Source: an uncultured bacterium
Lineage (GTDB): Bacteria; Bipolaricaulota; Bipolaricaulia; UBA7950; UBA9294
Direction of reading: 5' to 3'
Assembly: GCA_965602415.1 (NCBI GenBank)
Contig: CBFCYU010000001.1
Span: forward strand, 1-44,926
Length of the DNA stretch: 44,926 nt
The translations under genes and the position numbers were made by a program. This document shows positions 1-9,535 of the stretch, one piece after another. The notes below the pieces were generated by a model, which was not told the DNA's origin, made no database searches, and worked only from the letters and a program-made list of their open reading frames with translations. Positions within the stretch are counted from its first letter, which is position 1. Each line of letters begins with the position of its first letter.

Positions 1-1482
1 GTTCCCGCCTACTTCAACGACTCGCAGCGACAGGCAACGAAGGACGCAGGCAAGATCGCCGGCCTCGAAGTGATGCGGATCATCAATGAACCGACGGCGG
101 CCGCGCTTGCCTACGGCCTCGACAAGGAACATGAGCAGACGATTCTCGTCTACGATCTCGGCGGCGGCACGTTCGACGTGTCGATCCTCGAGATCGGAGA
201 CGGGGTCTTCGATGTTCTCGCCACCGACGGTGACACGCGACTCGGCGGAGACGACTTCGATCAGCGGATCATCGACTGGCTCGTCGACGAGTTCCGGAAG
301 GACACGGGGGTCGATATCTCGAAAGACCCAAGCGCCCTGCAGCGGTTGAAGGACGCCGCCGAGGCGGCAAAGAAGGAGCTGTCGACTCGGATGGAAACGA
401 CGATTCACCTCCCCTACATCACCGCCGACGCCAGTGGCCCGAAGCACCTCGAGAAGAAGCTCTCGCGAGCCAAGTTCGAGGGAATGATCGACGACTACCT
501 TCAGCAGACGATCGGTGTGGTCGATGCGACGCTCCGCGAGTCGGGGAAGGGGCCTGACGACATCGATCAGGTCGTCCTCGTCGGTGGGTCGACGCGAATC
601 CCGAAGGTCCAAGAGCTGATCGCGAGCCGCATGCCCGGGAAGACGAATCGGGAGATCAATCCCGACGAGGTCGTCGCTGCCGGTGCGGCAATCCAGGGCG
701 GCGTCCTGTCCGGTGAGGTCGACGAAATCGTCCTCCTCGACGTCACGCCGCTGACCCTGTCGATCGAGACGCTCGGCGGCGTCGCGACGCCGCTGATCGA
801 GCGAAACACGACGATCCCAACCGAAAAGACGAAGACGTTCACCACCGCGGAGGACAGCCAACCGGCGGTGGAGATCCACGTCGTACAGGGCGAACGGAAG
901 ATGGCCGCCGACAACAAGTCGCTCGGCAAGTTCCAGTTGACCGGGCTACCTCCCGCGCCACGCGGGATCCCTCAGATCGACGTGACGTTCAACATCGACG
1001 CCGACGGGATCCTCCACGTCACCGCGAAGGACAAGGCAACGTCGAAGAGCTCGTCGATCACCATTCAGGACTCCTCGCGACTCGACGATTCCGATATCGA
1101 TCGGATGCAGAAAGAGGCCGAGGAGCACGCCGAGGAAGATCGGGTGAAGAGCGAGCTCGTGGAGGTCCGCAACCAAGCCGATCAGCTGATCTACTCGGCG
1201 GAGAAAGCGCTCTCCGATCTCGGTGAGAAGGTCGACGCCGCCAAGCGGTCCGACATCGAGGATCGGATCCGCCGCCTGCGGGAGAAGCTCGACGGGGACG
1301 CAGACATCGCAGAGATCCGTCGGGAGACCGAGGAACTCGCCAAGGCGTCGCAGGACGTTGCGGCTGAGGCGTACAAAGAGGCCGAATCGGCCGCCGGAGG
1401 CGCCGCCTCGGAGAGCGAAGCGACCGCGGATGAGGAAGCGGACGAAGGCGAGTACATCGACGCCGAGTACGACGAGCAATAG
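1..1482 (+). CDS. dnaK: Molecular chaperone DnaK (Hsp70), 5'-truncated by window edge
   Basis: Frame 1 is open from base 1 ([39 protein letters not shown]...). Hsp70 signatures [10 protein letters not shown] and [12 protein letters not shown], acidic C-terminal tail, and dnaJ immediately downstream. Confidence 0.97.
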   Translation, partial: VPAYFNDSQRQATKDAGKIAGLEVMRIINEPTAAALAYGLDKEHEQTILVYDLGGGTFDVSILEIGDGVFDVLATDGDTRLGGDDFDQRIIDWLVDEFRKDTGVDISKDPSALQRLKDAAEAAKKELSTRMETTIHLPYITADASGPKHLEKKLSRAKFEGMIDDYLQQTIGVVDATLRESGKGPDDIDQVVLVGGSTRIPKVQELIASRMPGKTNREINPDEVVAAGAAIQGGVLSGEVDEIVLLDVTPLTLSIETLGGVATPLIERNTTIPTEKTKTFTTAEDSQPAVEIHVVQGERKMAADNKSLGKFQLTGLPPAPRGIPQIDVTFNIDADGILHVTAKDKATSKSSSITIQDSSRLDDSDIDRMQKEAEEHAEEDRVKSELVEVRNQADQLIYSAEKALSDLGEKVDAAKRSDIEDRIRRLREKLDGDADIAEIRRETEELAKASQDVAAEAYKEAESAAGGAASESEATADEEADEGEYIDAEYDEQ

Positions 1483-1505
1483 CCAAGCCCATGTGAGGAG
1501 AGTTC

Positions 1506-2615
1506 GTGGCCAATCAGGACTACTATGAGACCCTCGGCGTCGCTCGCGACGCGAGTGAAGCCGAGATCAAGCGGGCCTATCGGCAGAAGGCGAAGGAGAT
1601 CCACCCCGATCGAAATCCCGAGAATCGGAGCCGAGCCGAGGAGGAGTTCAAGCGCGTCGCCGAGGCCTATGAGGTCCTGTCCGATCCTCAGAAGCATGCT
1701 CGGTACGATCGCTACGGCCACGCCGGTCCCGATCAGGGATTCACGTTCGGAGACACGGATTTCCGCCGAGCCCGCGAGGCGTACCACGAGTTCGGGTTCG
1801 GCGGCCTCGAAGACATCTTTGACCTATTCTCCCGGCAGGGCGGGATGCGCGGCAGACCGCAGCAGCAGCGATCCCGCCGTGGGGAGAGCATCGAGTACAA
1901 GCTCCGCATCACCCTTGAGGACGCGGCACACGGCACGAAGATGACCGTCACCATCCCCCGCCTCGTCGCGTGCGAAGTCTGTTCCGGAAGCGGCATGGAG
2001 CCGGGCACCTCGAAGCGAACCTGTCCGACCTGCGGAGGCCAGGGGCAGATCGAGTATCGCCAGCAGAGCCTTCTAGGCAGCTTCATCAACGTGCACAGCT
2101 GCCCGGAGTGCAACGGAACCGGTGAGCTGATCGAACAACCTTGTCGCCGCTGCCGGGGTGCCGGTCGGGTCAAGGAGAAGAGCAAGATCTCGATCACCGT
2201 CCCTCCCGGGGTGGACAGTGGTTCGCGGCTCCGCCTGCGAGGGCAAGGGAACGCGGGCGTCGAAGGAGGGCAAAGCGGCGACCTGTTTATCGTCATCGAG
2301 CTGATCTCTCATCCGACCTTTCGGAGAGAAGGAACCGACATCCGATCCAACGTGGCGATCTCGTATCCACAGGCCGCTCTCGGTGCGAAGATCAGCGTCG
2401 AAACCCTGTGGGGAGAAGAGACCGTCAGCATCCCGGCGGGGACCCAGCCTGGGGAGGTCTTCAGATTGAGAGGGAAGGGGATCGCCAACATCCACCGCGG
2501 GGGAGGCAAGGGAGATCACCTCGCCGAGGTGACAATCGAGGTTCCGTCGAAGCTGGACTCCAAGCAGCGTACCGCGCTGAAGGCCTACGCCAAATCGCTC
2601 GGATCAAGTCGTTAG
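1506..2615 (+). CDS. dnaJ: Co-chaperone DnaJ
   Basis: J-domain (DYYETLGV...HPDRN), four CxxCxGxG zinc-finger repeats (CEVCSGSG, CPTCGGQG, CPECNGTG, CRRCRGAG). GAGGAG RBS before a GTG start. Confidence 0.95.
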   Translation: MANQDYYETLGVARDASEAEIKRAYRQKAKEIHPDRNPENRSRAEEEFKRVAEAYEVLSDPQKHARYDRYGHAGPDQGFTFGDTDFRRAREAYHEFGFGGLEDIFDLFSRQGGMRGRPQQQRSRRGESIEYKLRITLEDAAHGTKMTVTIPRLVACEVCSGSGMEPGTSKRTCPTCGGQGQIEYRQQSLLGSFINVHSCPECNGTGELIEQPCRRCRGAGRVKEKSKISITVPPGVDSGSRLRLRGQGNAGVEGGQSGDLFIVIELISHPTFRREGTDIRSNVAISYPQAALGAKISVETLWGEETVSIPAGTQPGEVFRLRGKGIANIHRGGGKGDHLAEVTIEVPSKLDSKQRTALKAYAKSLGSSR

Positions 2616-2616
2616 A

Positions 2617-3219
2617 CTAGAGTTCGCCCGCACCGAGCAAATCGAGAAGAATCGGCCGCATCCGCGACAGGGCCCGCTTCCGGTGACTGATTCGGTTCTT
2701 CTCAGCGAGAGACATCTCGGCCAGCGTTCGCATGCTCCCTTTGGGGACGAAGAGCGGATCATAGCCGAACCCGCCTTCTCCCGAGAGCCCTTCGGCAATG
2801 ATCCCGCGAAGAACGCCGCTTGTAGCGAACGTCTCTCCGTCTGGAAGCTGCAGGACCGCCACTGCGATGAACCTCGCCCGCCGGTCGGCGGCACCGGTCA
2901 TTTGTCGAAGAAGAAGCTGGTTGTTGCGCCCGTAGTCGACCGGCTCCCCAGAGAATCGTGCCGACCGCACCCCCGGCGCACCCCCGAGGTGCACGACCTC
3001 GAGCCCCGCGTCCTCGGCCAGCACCGGAAGACCGGTCTCGAGGCAGATCGTCCGCGCCTTGAGGAGCGCGTTGTCGAGGAACGTCTCGCCCGTCTCGGCG
3101 ACATCGGAGAATGGACGGTCGGAAAACGCAAGGAGCTCCAGGCCTTCAATTTCGGCCAGGAGCTCCACAGCTTCCACAATCTTCCCCTCGTTCTTGGTTC
3201 CGAGGAGGAGTCGCGTCAT
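2617..3219 (-). CDS. rdgB: Non-canonical purine NTP pyrophosphatase (RdgB/HAM1 family)
   Basis: [16 protein letters not shown]..., GFGYDPLF and ISHRKRAL motifs. ATG at 3219 overlaps the oppF stop (ATGA). The longer 247-aa ORF N-terminus is Arg/Pro-rich and overlaps oppF. Confidence 0.9.
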   Translation of the reverse strand: MTRLLLGTKNEGKIVEAVELLAEIEGLELLAFSDRPFSDVAETGETFLDNALLKARTICLETGLPVLAEDAGLEVVHLGGAPGVRSARFSGEPVDYGRNNQLLLRQMTGAADRRARFIAVAVLQLPDGETFATSGVLRGIIAEGLSGEGGFGYDPLFVPKGSMRTLAEMSLAEKNRISHRKRALSRMRPILLDLLGAGEL

Positions 3220-4259
3220 TCGCTCTTCTTGATCGGCTGGAGATCGAGCGAGTCGGCGAAGTGGCACGTGACGAAGTGCAGGTCGCCGAGATCTCGGTAC
3301 TCCGGCTCTTCGGTCTTGCAGATGTCCTTGGCGTAGCGGCACCGCGGATGGAAGTAGCATCCGGGGGGAGGGGCAACCGGGCTCGGTACGTCTCCCTCGA
3401 GCAGGATCCGCTCGACGCTCCAGGATGGATCTGGAACCGGGACGGCCGACATCAGCGCCTCGGTGTACGGATGCTTCGTATCCGTGAACAGCTCTTCGGT
3501 CTTCGCCAGCTCGGCGATCTTCCCGAGATACATCACCGCGACTCGGGTGCTGATGTGCCGCACGACGGAGAGATCGTGCGCGATGAACAGATACGTGAGG
3601 CCGAATTCACCCTGCAGATCCTCGAGCAAGTTGATCACCTGTGCCTGGATCGACACATCGAGTGCCGACACCGGCTCGTCGCAGATGATCAGTTGCGGAT
3701 CGAGCGCCAACGCGCGGGCGACGCCGATTCGCTGTCGCTGCCCGCCGGAGAATTCATGTGGATAGCGCTTCATGTGATCCGGCTTCAGCCCGACCGCGGC
3801 GAGGAGCGCCTTGACGCGATCCTCGCGTTCGGCACCCTTCGCCATCTTGTGAACAAGAAGGGGCTCGCCGACGATCGCACCGACCGTCATCCGTGGGTTC
3901 AGCGAAGAGTAGGGATCCTGGAAGATGATCTGCATCTCACGGCGAAGCGCCTTCAGATCCTTGCGGGAAACTTTGGCCACATCAACGTCGACCGACTCCT
4001 GGCCCGCAGGAGCCAGTTTCTTGCTCCGGAAGACGACGTCCCCCGCCGTCGGCTCGATCAGCCGCAGAATGGTTCGGCCCGCCGTCGTCTTGCCGCAACC
4101 GCTCTCGCCGACCAGACCGAGCGTCTCCCCTTCGGGGATGAACATGTCGACCTTGTCGACCGCCTTGACGTGCGCCACGGTTCGCCTGAACACTCCCTTG
4201 CGAACGGGGAAGTATTTCACGAGCCCTTTGACGTCTAGAAGGATGTTATCGGAAGACAA
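3216..4259 (-). CDS. oppF: Oligopeptide/dipeptide ABC transporter ATP-binding protein (OppF/DppF type)
   Basis: Walker [10 protein letters not shown], signature [15 protein letters not shown], Walker [14 protein letters not shown]-terminal oligopeptide-type extension with Cys-rich tail. TTG start preceded by GAGGTGA. Confidence 0.85.
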   Translation of the reverse strand: MSSDNILLDVKGLVKYFPVRKGVFRRTVAHVKAVDKVDMFIPEGETLGLVGESGCGKTTAGRTILRLIEPTAGDVVFRSKKLAPAGQESVDVDVAKVSRKDLKALRREMQIIFQDPYSSLNPRMTVGAIVGEPLLVHKMAKGAEREDRVKALLAAVGLKPDHMKRYPHEFSGGQRQRIGVARALALDPQLIICDEPVSALDVSIQAQVINLLEDLQGEFGLTYLFIAHDLSVVRHISTRVAVMYLGKIAELAKTEELFTDTKHPYTEALMSAVPVPDPSWSVERILLEGDVPSPVAPPPGCYFHPRCRYAKDICKTEEPEYRDLGDLHFVTCHFADSLDLQPIKKSE

Positions 4260-4276
4260 ACTCGATCACCTCGCTG

Positions 4277-5257
4277 TCACTCGTAGAGCCAACAGGCCGC
4301 GTTGTGGCCCGGCGCCACTTCCTTCAACCCCGGCATCGTCGTCTTGCAGATCTCCATCGCGTGGGGACATCTCGGCTCGAACCCGCAGCCCGGCGGGACT
4401 TCGAACGGGTCCGGCACGACCCCCTTGATCGGCTCCAGCCGATCCTTTCGGGACACCAACGACGGGATGGAGTTCAGCAGACCTTGGGTGTACGGATGCT
4501 TCGGGTTGTGGAACACCTCGCCGACCGTCGAGCCCTCGACAATCCGCCCGAGATACATGACGACGACGTCGTCGGCCATCCCCGCAATCACGCCGAGGTC
4601 GTGTGTGATGAACTGGATCGACGCCTGGAATTCCCTTCGCAGCTCGTTCATCAATTCGAGGACCTGCGCCTGGATCGTTACGTCGAGGGCAGTCGTTGGC
4701 TCGTCGGCGATGAGCAGGGACGGGTTGCAGGACAGGGCCATGGCGATCATCGCGCGCTGCCGCATGCCCCCCGACAGTTGATGCGGATACTCGTCGACAC
4801 GCTGTTCCGGGAGAGGGATTCCCACCTCTCGGAGCATGTCGATCGCCTTCTGTTTCGCCTTGGCCTTGTTGAGCTTCTGGTGGAGGATGATCGCTTCCAT
4901 GATCTGGTTGCCGATGGTGTAGACGGGATTCAGGGACGTCATCGGCTCCTGGAAGATCATCGCGATCTCGTTTCCGCGGATCGATCGCATCTCGCGACCT
5001 TTGGGGTTGAATTTCGTCAGGTCCATGACCTTGCCGCCCCGGTGGAAGAGGATCTCTCCCTCCTCGATCTTCCCCGGCGGGATCTGGACCAGCCCCATGA
5101 TCGACAGGGCCGTGACCGACTTTCCGCATCCGCTCTCGCCGACGATTCCGAGCGTCTTCTCCTGCTCGATCACGTAGTCGACACCGTCAACGGCTCGGAC
5201 GACGCCGTCCTCCGTGTAGAAATACGTCTTTAGACCTCTGACCTCGATTAGCGGCAC
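4277..5257 (-). CDS. oppD: Oligopeptide/dipeptide ABC transporter ATP-binding protein (OppD/DppD type)
   Basis: Walker A GESGCGKSV, signature LSGGMRQRAMIAMAL, Walker B LLIADEPTTALD. GTG start preceded by GGAGGGAGG. Confidence 0.85.
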   Translation of the reverse strand: MPLIEVRGLKTYFYTEDGVVRAVDGVDYVIEQEKTLGIVGESGCGKSVTALSIMGLVQIPPGKIEEGEILFHRGGKVMDLTKFNPKGREMRSIRGNEIAMIFQEPMTSLNPVYTIGNQIMEAIILHQKLNKAKAKQKAIDMLREVGIPLPEQRVDEYPHQLSGGMRQRAMIAMALSCNPSLLIADEPTTALDVTIQAQVLELMNELRREFQASIQFITHDLGVIAGMADDVVVMYLGRIVEGSTVGEVFHNPKHPYTQGLLNSIPSLVSRKDRLEPIKGVVPDPFEVPPGCGFEPRCPHAMEICKTTMPGLKEVAPGHNAACWLYE

Positions 5258-5281
5258 CGGTCCTCCCTCCTCGTCAAAACG

Positions 5282-5506
5282 CTAAAGGATCGATAGTACG
5301 AAGCCGAGCAACATGAATGCAACGGCCAGTGTGACAGTGAGCGTCCGCTTGGGATCTCTGACCTCGTCACGTCCGAAAACGGTACTCGACATCCCCGATC
5401 CGAACGCTCCGCCCAACCCAGAATGCTCGCTCATCTGGAGCAGGATCAATCCCATCAGTGCTAAACAGTCGAAGAAGAAAAGAGCCTCAAGGATGATTCG
5501 CCACAT
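5282..5506 (-). CDS. secG: Preprotein translocase subunit SecG (probable)
   Basis: 74 aa, two hydrophobic helices flanking a Gly-rich loop (LLQMSEHSGLGGAFGSG), which is the typical SecG size and layout. Confidence 0.7.
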   Translation of the reverse strand: MWRIILEALFFFDCLALMGLILLQMSEHSGLGGAFGSGMSSTVFGRDEVRDPKRTLTVTLAVAFMLLGFVLSIL

Positions 5507-5668
5507 GACTTACTGGTCCTTTCTCAGTCCCTTTGGGGTGTCTGGCGTCGGCAGATTATAGCACAAAGGATATGGCACCTCAATAGCCCAACTTCCGGGC
5601 CTTGCGCGGGTTTCGAGGTTCTCGTATCCTGTCTAGAGCGCAGCTCGAAAGGCAGGTGGCTTCGAACC

Positions 5669-7291
5669 GTGCGCAAGTTTGTCTTCATCACGGGAGGCGT
5701 GCTTTCCGGACTCGGGAAGGGCGTCGTTTCCGCGTCGATCGGTCTCCTCTTCAAGCTGCAGGGCTATCGCGTCAGCCTGCAGAAAATCGACCCCTACGTT
5801 AACGTCGATGCCGGAACGATGAACCCGTACGAACACGGTGAGGTCTTCGTCACGCACGACGGGCGAGAGACCGACCTCGACATCGGCCGCTATGAGCGCT
5901 TCCTCGATGAGGAGCTTTCCGCCTGCAACTACTTCACAACGGGTCAGGTCTACTGGAACGTCATCCGCAAGGAGCGAGCCGGGAAGTACCTCGGACAGAC
6001 GGTCCAGGTCATCCCTCACATCTCCGACGAAATCAAGCGCCTGATCCGTCTCCCGTTGGACGAGACCGACGCGGAGATCGGGGTGATCGAGGTCGGCGGC
6101 ACGGTGGGAGACATCGAGAGCCTCCCGTTCCTCGAGGCCCTCCGCCAGATGAAAGATGAACTGCCGCGGGAAGACACGTTCTTCGTTCACGTCACCCTGC
6201 TGCCGCGCCTGACGACCTCGGACGAGCTGAAGACGAAGCCGACCCAGCACAGCGTGAAGGAGCTGAGAGCCATCGGCATCCAGCCGGACGTGATCGTCGC
6301 TCGATGCGACGTGCCGTTGCCGGACCCCGTCAAACGGAAGATCGCTCTCTTCTGCGATGTCCCGATCGAGAACGTGATCGACAACCCCGACTTCCCGACG
6401 ATCTACCATGCGCCGCTGCGGTTGAACGACTACGGCCTAACGCGAAGTGTAGCGACCGGCCTTGAACTTGACACGGAGAGAGCCCCCGATCTGGCGGACT
6501 GGGTCTCCTGCGTTCGCCGGCTCGAGGCCCCCGCGTCGCGGGTCCGAATCGGAATCGTCGGGAAGTACGTCGAGCTGCGGGACTCGTACATCAGCATCCG
6601 AGAGGCCCTGTTCCACGCTGGCGCGGCCGAGGACGTCGGCATCGACATCGACTGGATCCCGTCCGACGCGATCGCGAAGGAGAGTCCCACACGGCACCTC
6701 GCGCCCCTCGACGGCGTCCTGATTCCCGGCGGATTCGGCGATCGAGGGATCGAGGGAAAGATCGAGGCGGTGGAATACGCTCGCACGAAGCGTGTCCCGT
6801 ACTTCGGTCTCTGCCTCGGGCTGCAGTGCGCGACCATCGAGTTCGCCCGGAACGTCCTCGGTCTCGATGGGGCAAACAGCTCGGAGTTCGATCCGGATAC
6901 GCCTCACCCGGTGATCAGCCTCCTCGAGGAGCAACTCGGCGTCGCTCTCAAGGGCGGGACGATGAGACTCGGGGTCTACGAGACGGAGCTTCGCGAGGGA
7001 TCGACCAGCGCCTCCTGCTACGGGACACATCGGATCGCGGAGCGGCATCGCCACCGCTACGAGTTCAACTCCGCTTATCGGGGCCTCCTGGAGGCGGCCG
7101 GGATGCGAATCGCGGGAACGTCGTTGGACGATCAGCTCGTCGAGGTGATCGAGCTGACCGATCACCCGTGGTTCGTCGGGGTCCAGTTTCACCCGGAATT
7201 CTCGTCGCGTCTTCTCTCTCCCCATCCTCTGTTCCGCGGGTTCGTACGCTCATGTCTCGAACAAAAGGCCTCCTCGCGCTCCTCTTCCTAG
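5669..7291 (+). CDS. pyrG: CTP synthase
   Basis: N-terminal FITGGVLSGLGKG, DPYVNVDAGTMNPYEHGEVFV, GATase domain GLCLGLQ and HRHRYEFN. Confidence 0.97.
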   Translation: MRKFVFITGGVLSGLGKGVVSASIGLLFKLQGYRVSLQKIDPYVNVDAGTMNPYEHGEVFVTHDGRETDLDIGRYERFLDEELSACNYFTTGQVYWNVIRKERAGKYLGQTVQVIPHISDEIKRLIRLPLDETDAEIGVIEVGGTVGDIESLPFLEALRQMKDELPREDTFFVHVTLLPRLTTSDELKTKPTQHSVKELRAIGIQPDVIVARCDVPLPDPVKRKIALFCDVPIENVIDNPDFPTIYHAPLRLNDYGLTRSVATGLELDTERAPDLADWVSCVRRLEAPASRVRIGIVGKYVELRDSYISIREALFHAGAAEDVGIDIDWIPSDAIAKESPTRHLAPLDGVLIPGGFGDRGIEGKIEAVEYARTKRVPYFGLCLGLQCATIEFARNVLGLDGANSSEFDPDTPHPVISLLEEQLGVALKGGTMRLGVYETELREGSTSASCYGTHRIAERHRHRYEFNSAYRGLLEAAGMRIAGTSLDDQLVEVIELTDHPWFVGVQFHPEFSSRLLSPHPLFRGFVRSCLEQKASSRSSS

Positions 7292-8034
7292 GAATCGTCG
7301 TCGTGCTGGTCTTCCTCCCGCGTGGGAGGAGTCCCGCTGACAGCGCGACGACTGCGCAATCGATCACGCTGTACGGCTATTCCGACGGCGGAGCGCCGCT
7401 GTGGGAGATCCACGCCTCGGACGGTCGGATCGACGGTCCCGCCCAGACACTGAACGAGATCACAATCATCTTCTACGAAGACAATCTCTCCACGCTGAGC
7501 GTCCGCGGGGATCGGCTCGAACGGACCGACGCCGTCAGCCGCTTGACCGGCGACGTCCGCATCGAACGGACGGACGATCTCCTCTTGGAGGTCGAAGCCC
7601 TGATCTGGGATGAGACCAACGATCAACTCGAGTCCGGTCCGGTCGATCTCGCCGCCGAGAACCTTCGCATGTCGGCCGCGACGTTCGGGTACGATCTGGA
7701 AACCGAGACGGCGTCGTTCACCGGCGGCGTCGAGGCGTTCGCCAGCTTGGAGACGGAATGGACGATCCGAGCCGATCGCGCGGAGGAGCACGATGGTGTC
7801 GTGGTCTTTCGCGACGGCGTCACCGCCGAGTCCGAAGACGGGGAGTCCTTCCGCTGCGAGCAGCTGGAGGTCGAGGCGGAGACCGTCCATCTCGCGGGCG
7901 GAGTGATCGGAGACTGGTCGTCCGGCCACTTGAGCGCCGAGTCCGTCCGATTGGACGAGAACGGCATCCGGGCCGCCGGGCACGTGGCGGCCCGGCTCGA
8001 TCTGAAGGAACTGAGGAAGCGAGATGACACTTAG
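7252..8034 (+). CDS. Membrane-anchored LptC/LptA (OstA)-like protein
   Basis: ATG at 7252 gives an N-terminal TM anchor (LLALLFLGIVVVLVFL) followed by a beta-rich acidic domain. It overlaps pyrG by 40 nt and lptB by 11 nt. The position directly upstream of lptB fits LptC/LptA, with no sequence motif confirmed. Confidence 0.55.
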   Translation: MSRTKGLLALLFLGIVVVLVFLPRGRSPADSATTAQSITLYGYSDGGAPLWEIHASDGRIDGPAQTLNEITIIFYEDNLSTLSVRGDRLERTDAVSRLTGDVRIERTDDLLLEVEALIWDETNDQLESGPVDLAAENLRMSAATFGYDLETETASFTGGVEAFASLETEWTIRADRAEEHDGVVVFRDGVTAESEDGESFRCEQLEVEAETVHLAGGVIGDWSSGHLSAESVRLDENGIRAAGHVAARLDLKELRKRDDT

Positions 8035-8740
8035 AGCCGAGGCCCTGGTCAAAATCTATCAACGTCGCTCCGTCGTCGACGGTCTGACCCTTCAAGTCGA
8101 GCCAGGCCGGATCGTCGGCCTCCTCGGACCGAACGGAGCCGGGAAGACAACGACGTTCCACATGATGATTGGCTTCATCGCCGCCGACGCAGGCAGGGTC
8201 CTCCTCGAAGACGCGGACATCTCGGGACTTCCGTTCTTTCGCCGCGCCCGCCTCGGAATCGGATACCTCCCGCAGGAGCCCTCCGTCTTCACCCAAGCGA
8301 GCGTCGTCGAGAACCTCGACCTCGCCCTCGAGTGGTTCCCGTCCGCGAAGGAACGCGCACAGCTCCGCGAGCAGCTCCTGGCGGAGTTCGGTCGGCTGGG
8401 CCTCCGAGCCCAGGAGCCCAAGACGCTCTCTGCCGGGGAGCGCCGGCGCTTGGAGAGCGCGCGGACGCTGGCGCCGGCGCCACGCTACGTGCTGCTCGAC
8501 GAGCCATTCTCGGGGATCGATCCGATCTCGATTACAGATCTTCAGCGGGAGATCGTCTCGTTGAGGGAGCGAGGCATCGGCGTCGTCGTTACCGATCACA
8601 ATGTCCGAGATACATTGACGATCACCGACCACGCGTACCTGATTGACAAGGGCCGGCAGATCGCCGCGGGGACTCCCGAGGAGATCCTCGCCGATCCGGT
8701 GGCGCGGCGGGTCTACCTGGGAGAGGGGTTCAGCCCTTAG
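8024..8740 (+). CDS. lptB: LPS export ABC transporter ATP-binding protein LptB
   Basis: Walker A GPNGAGKTT, GIGYLPQEPSVF, signature LSAGERRRLE, Walker B VLLDEPFSGIDP, and C-terminal VYLGEGF typical of LptB. Confidence 0.9.
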   Translation: MTLRAEALVKIYQRRSVVDGLTLQVEPGRIVGLLGPNGAGKTTTFHMMIGFIAADAGRVLLEDADISGLPFFRRARLGIGYLPQEPSVFTQASVVENLDLALEWFPSAKERAQLREQLLAEFGRLGLRAQEPKTLSAGERRRLESARTLAPAPRYVLLDEPFSGIDPISITDLQREIVSLRERGIGVVVTDHNVRDTLTITDHAYLIDKGRQIAAGTPEEILADPVARRVYLGEGFSP

Positions 8741-9509
8741 GGTCACGGAGGTAGAGGTGCCGCCTCCAGATCAGCAGTCCGAACCCGACGGCGAACAGGA
8801 CGCTGATCGCGTGTGCAGCTCGGATCGGGCCGAGCCAGAGGCTGTCTCCCCGCGTGAAGCTGACGATCGAGCGGGCCACGGCATAGAGGATGAAGTACAT
8901 CGCGGTGGCGAAGCCGTCCTTGAAGGTCCGCTTTCGGACCCACCACCACAGGAAGGCGAAGATCGCGAGACTCAGCAGCATCTCGTAGATCATCGATGGA
9001 TGTGTCGCTTGTCTTGGGAAGGCCATTCCCGCCGGCGAATCGGCCGGAAAGCGGATTCCCCACGGAAGCGTCGTCGGCGTGCCGAACGCGTCACCGTTCA
9101 TCAGGTTGCCGATCCGGCCGATCGCTTGGCCGAGGATCAGGCTCGGGACCAGGGCGTCGGTGAGAGCCCAGAAACGTGTCCTTTTCACTCGAGAGAAGAA
9201 GAAGACGACCGTGACGCCGGCGAGGACCCCACCGTGGATGGCGAGCCCTCCCTCCCAGATCTTGACGATGTCCGCCGGGTGCAGCCCGTAGTAGTCCCAG
9301 TGGAACACGACGTAATACAGCCGTGCGCCAACGATAGCGATCGGGACGGTCCACAGCAATAGGTCGAGCAGATTCTCCGTCGACAGCGGAAGCCCCTTCC
9401 TCCGGGCTTCCCTGACCAGCAGGAGGAAACCGACCGCCATCGCGATCACGTACATCAGGCCGTAGTAACGGATCGTCACCGGGCCGATCTGAATCAGGAT
9501 CGGATGCAT
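8730..9509 (-). CDS. lgt: Prolipoprotein diacylglyceryl transferase
   Basis: MHPILIQIGPVTIRYYGLMY..., WEGGLAIHGG and GRIGNLMNGDAFG motifs, multi-TM. ATG at 9509 chosen because the upstream part of the ORF is Arg-rich. Confidence 0.9.
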   Translation of the reverse strand: MHPILIQIGPVTIRYYGLMYVIAMAVGFLLLVREARRKGLPLSTENLLDLLLWTVPIAIVGARLYYVVFHWDYYGLHPADIVKIWEGGLAIHGGVLAGVTVVFFFSRVKRTRFWALTDALVPSLILGQAIGRIGNLMNGDAFGTPTTLPWGIRFPADSPAGMAFPRQATHPSMIYEMLLSLAIFAFLWWWVRKRTFKDGFATAMYFILYAVARSIVSFTRGDSLWLGPIRAAHAISVLFAVGFGLLIWRRHLYLRDPKG

Positions 9510-9535
9510 CGCCTCCCCCTCTCGCGCGATATGAT

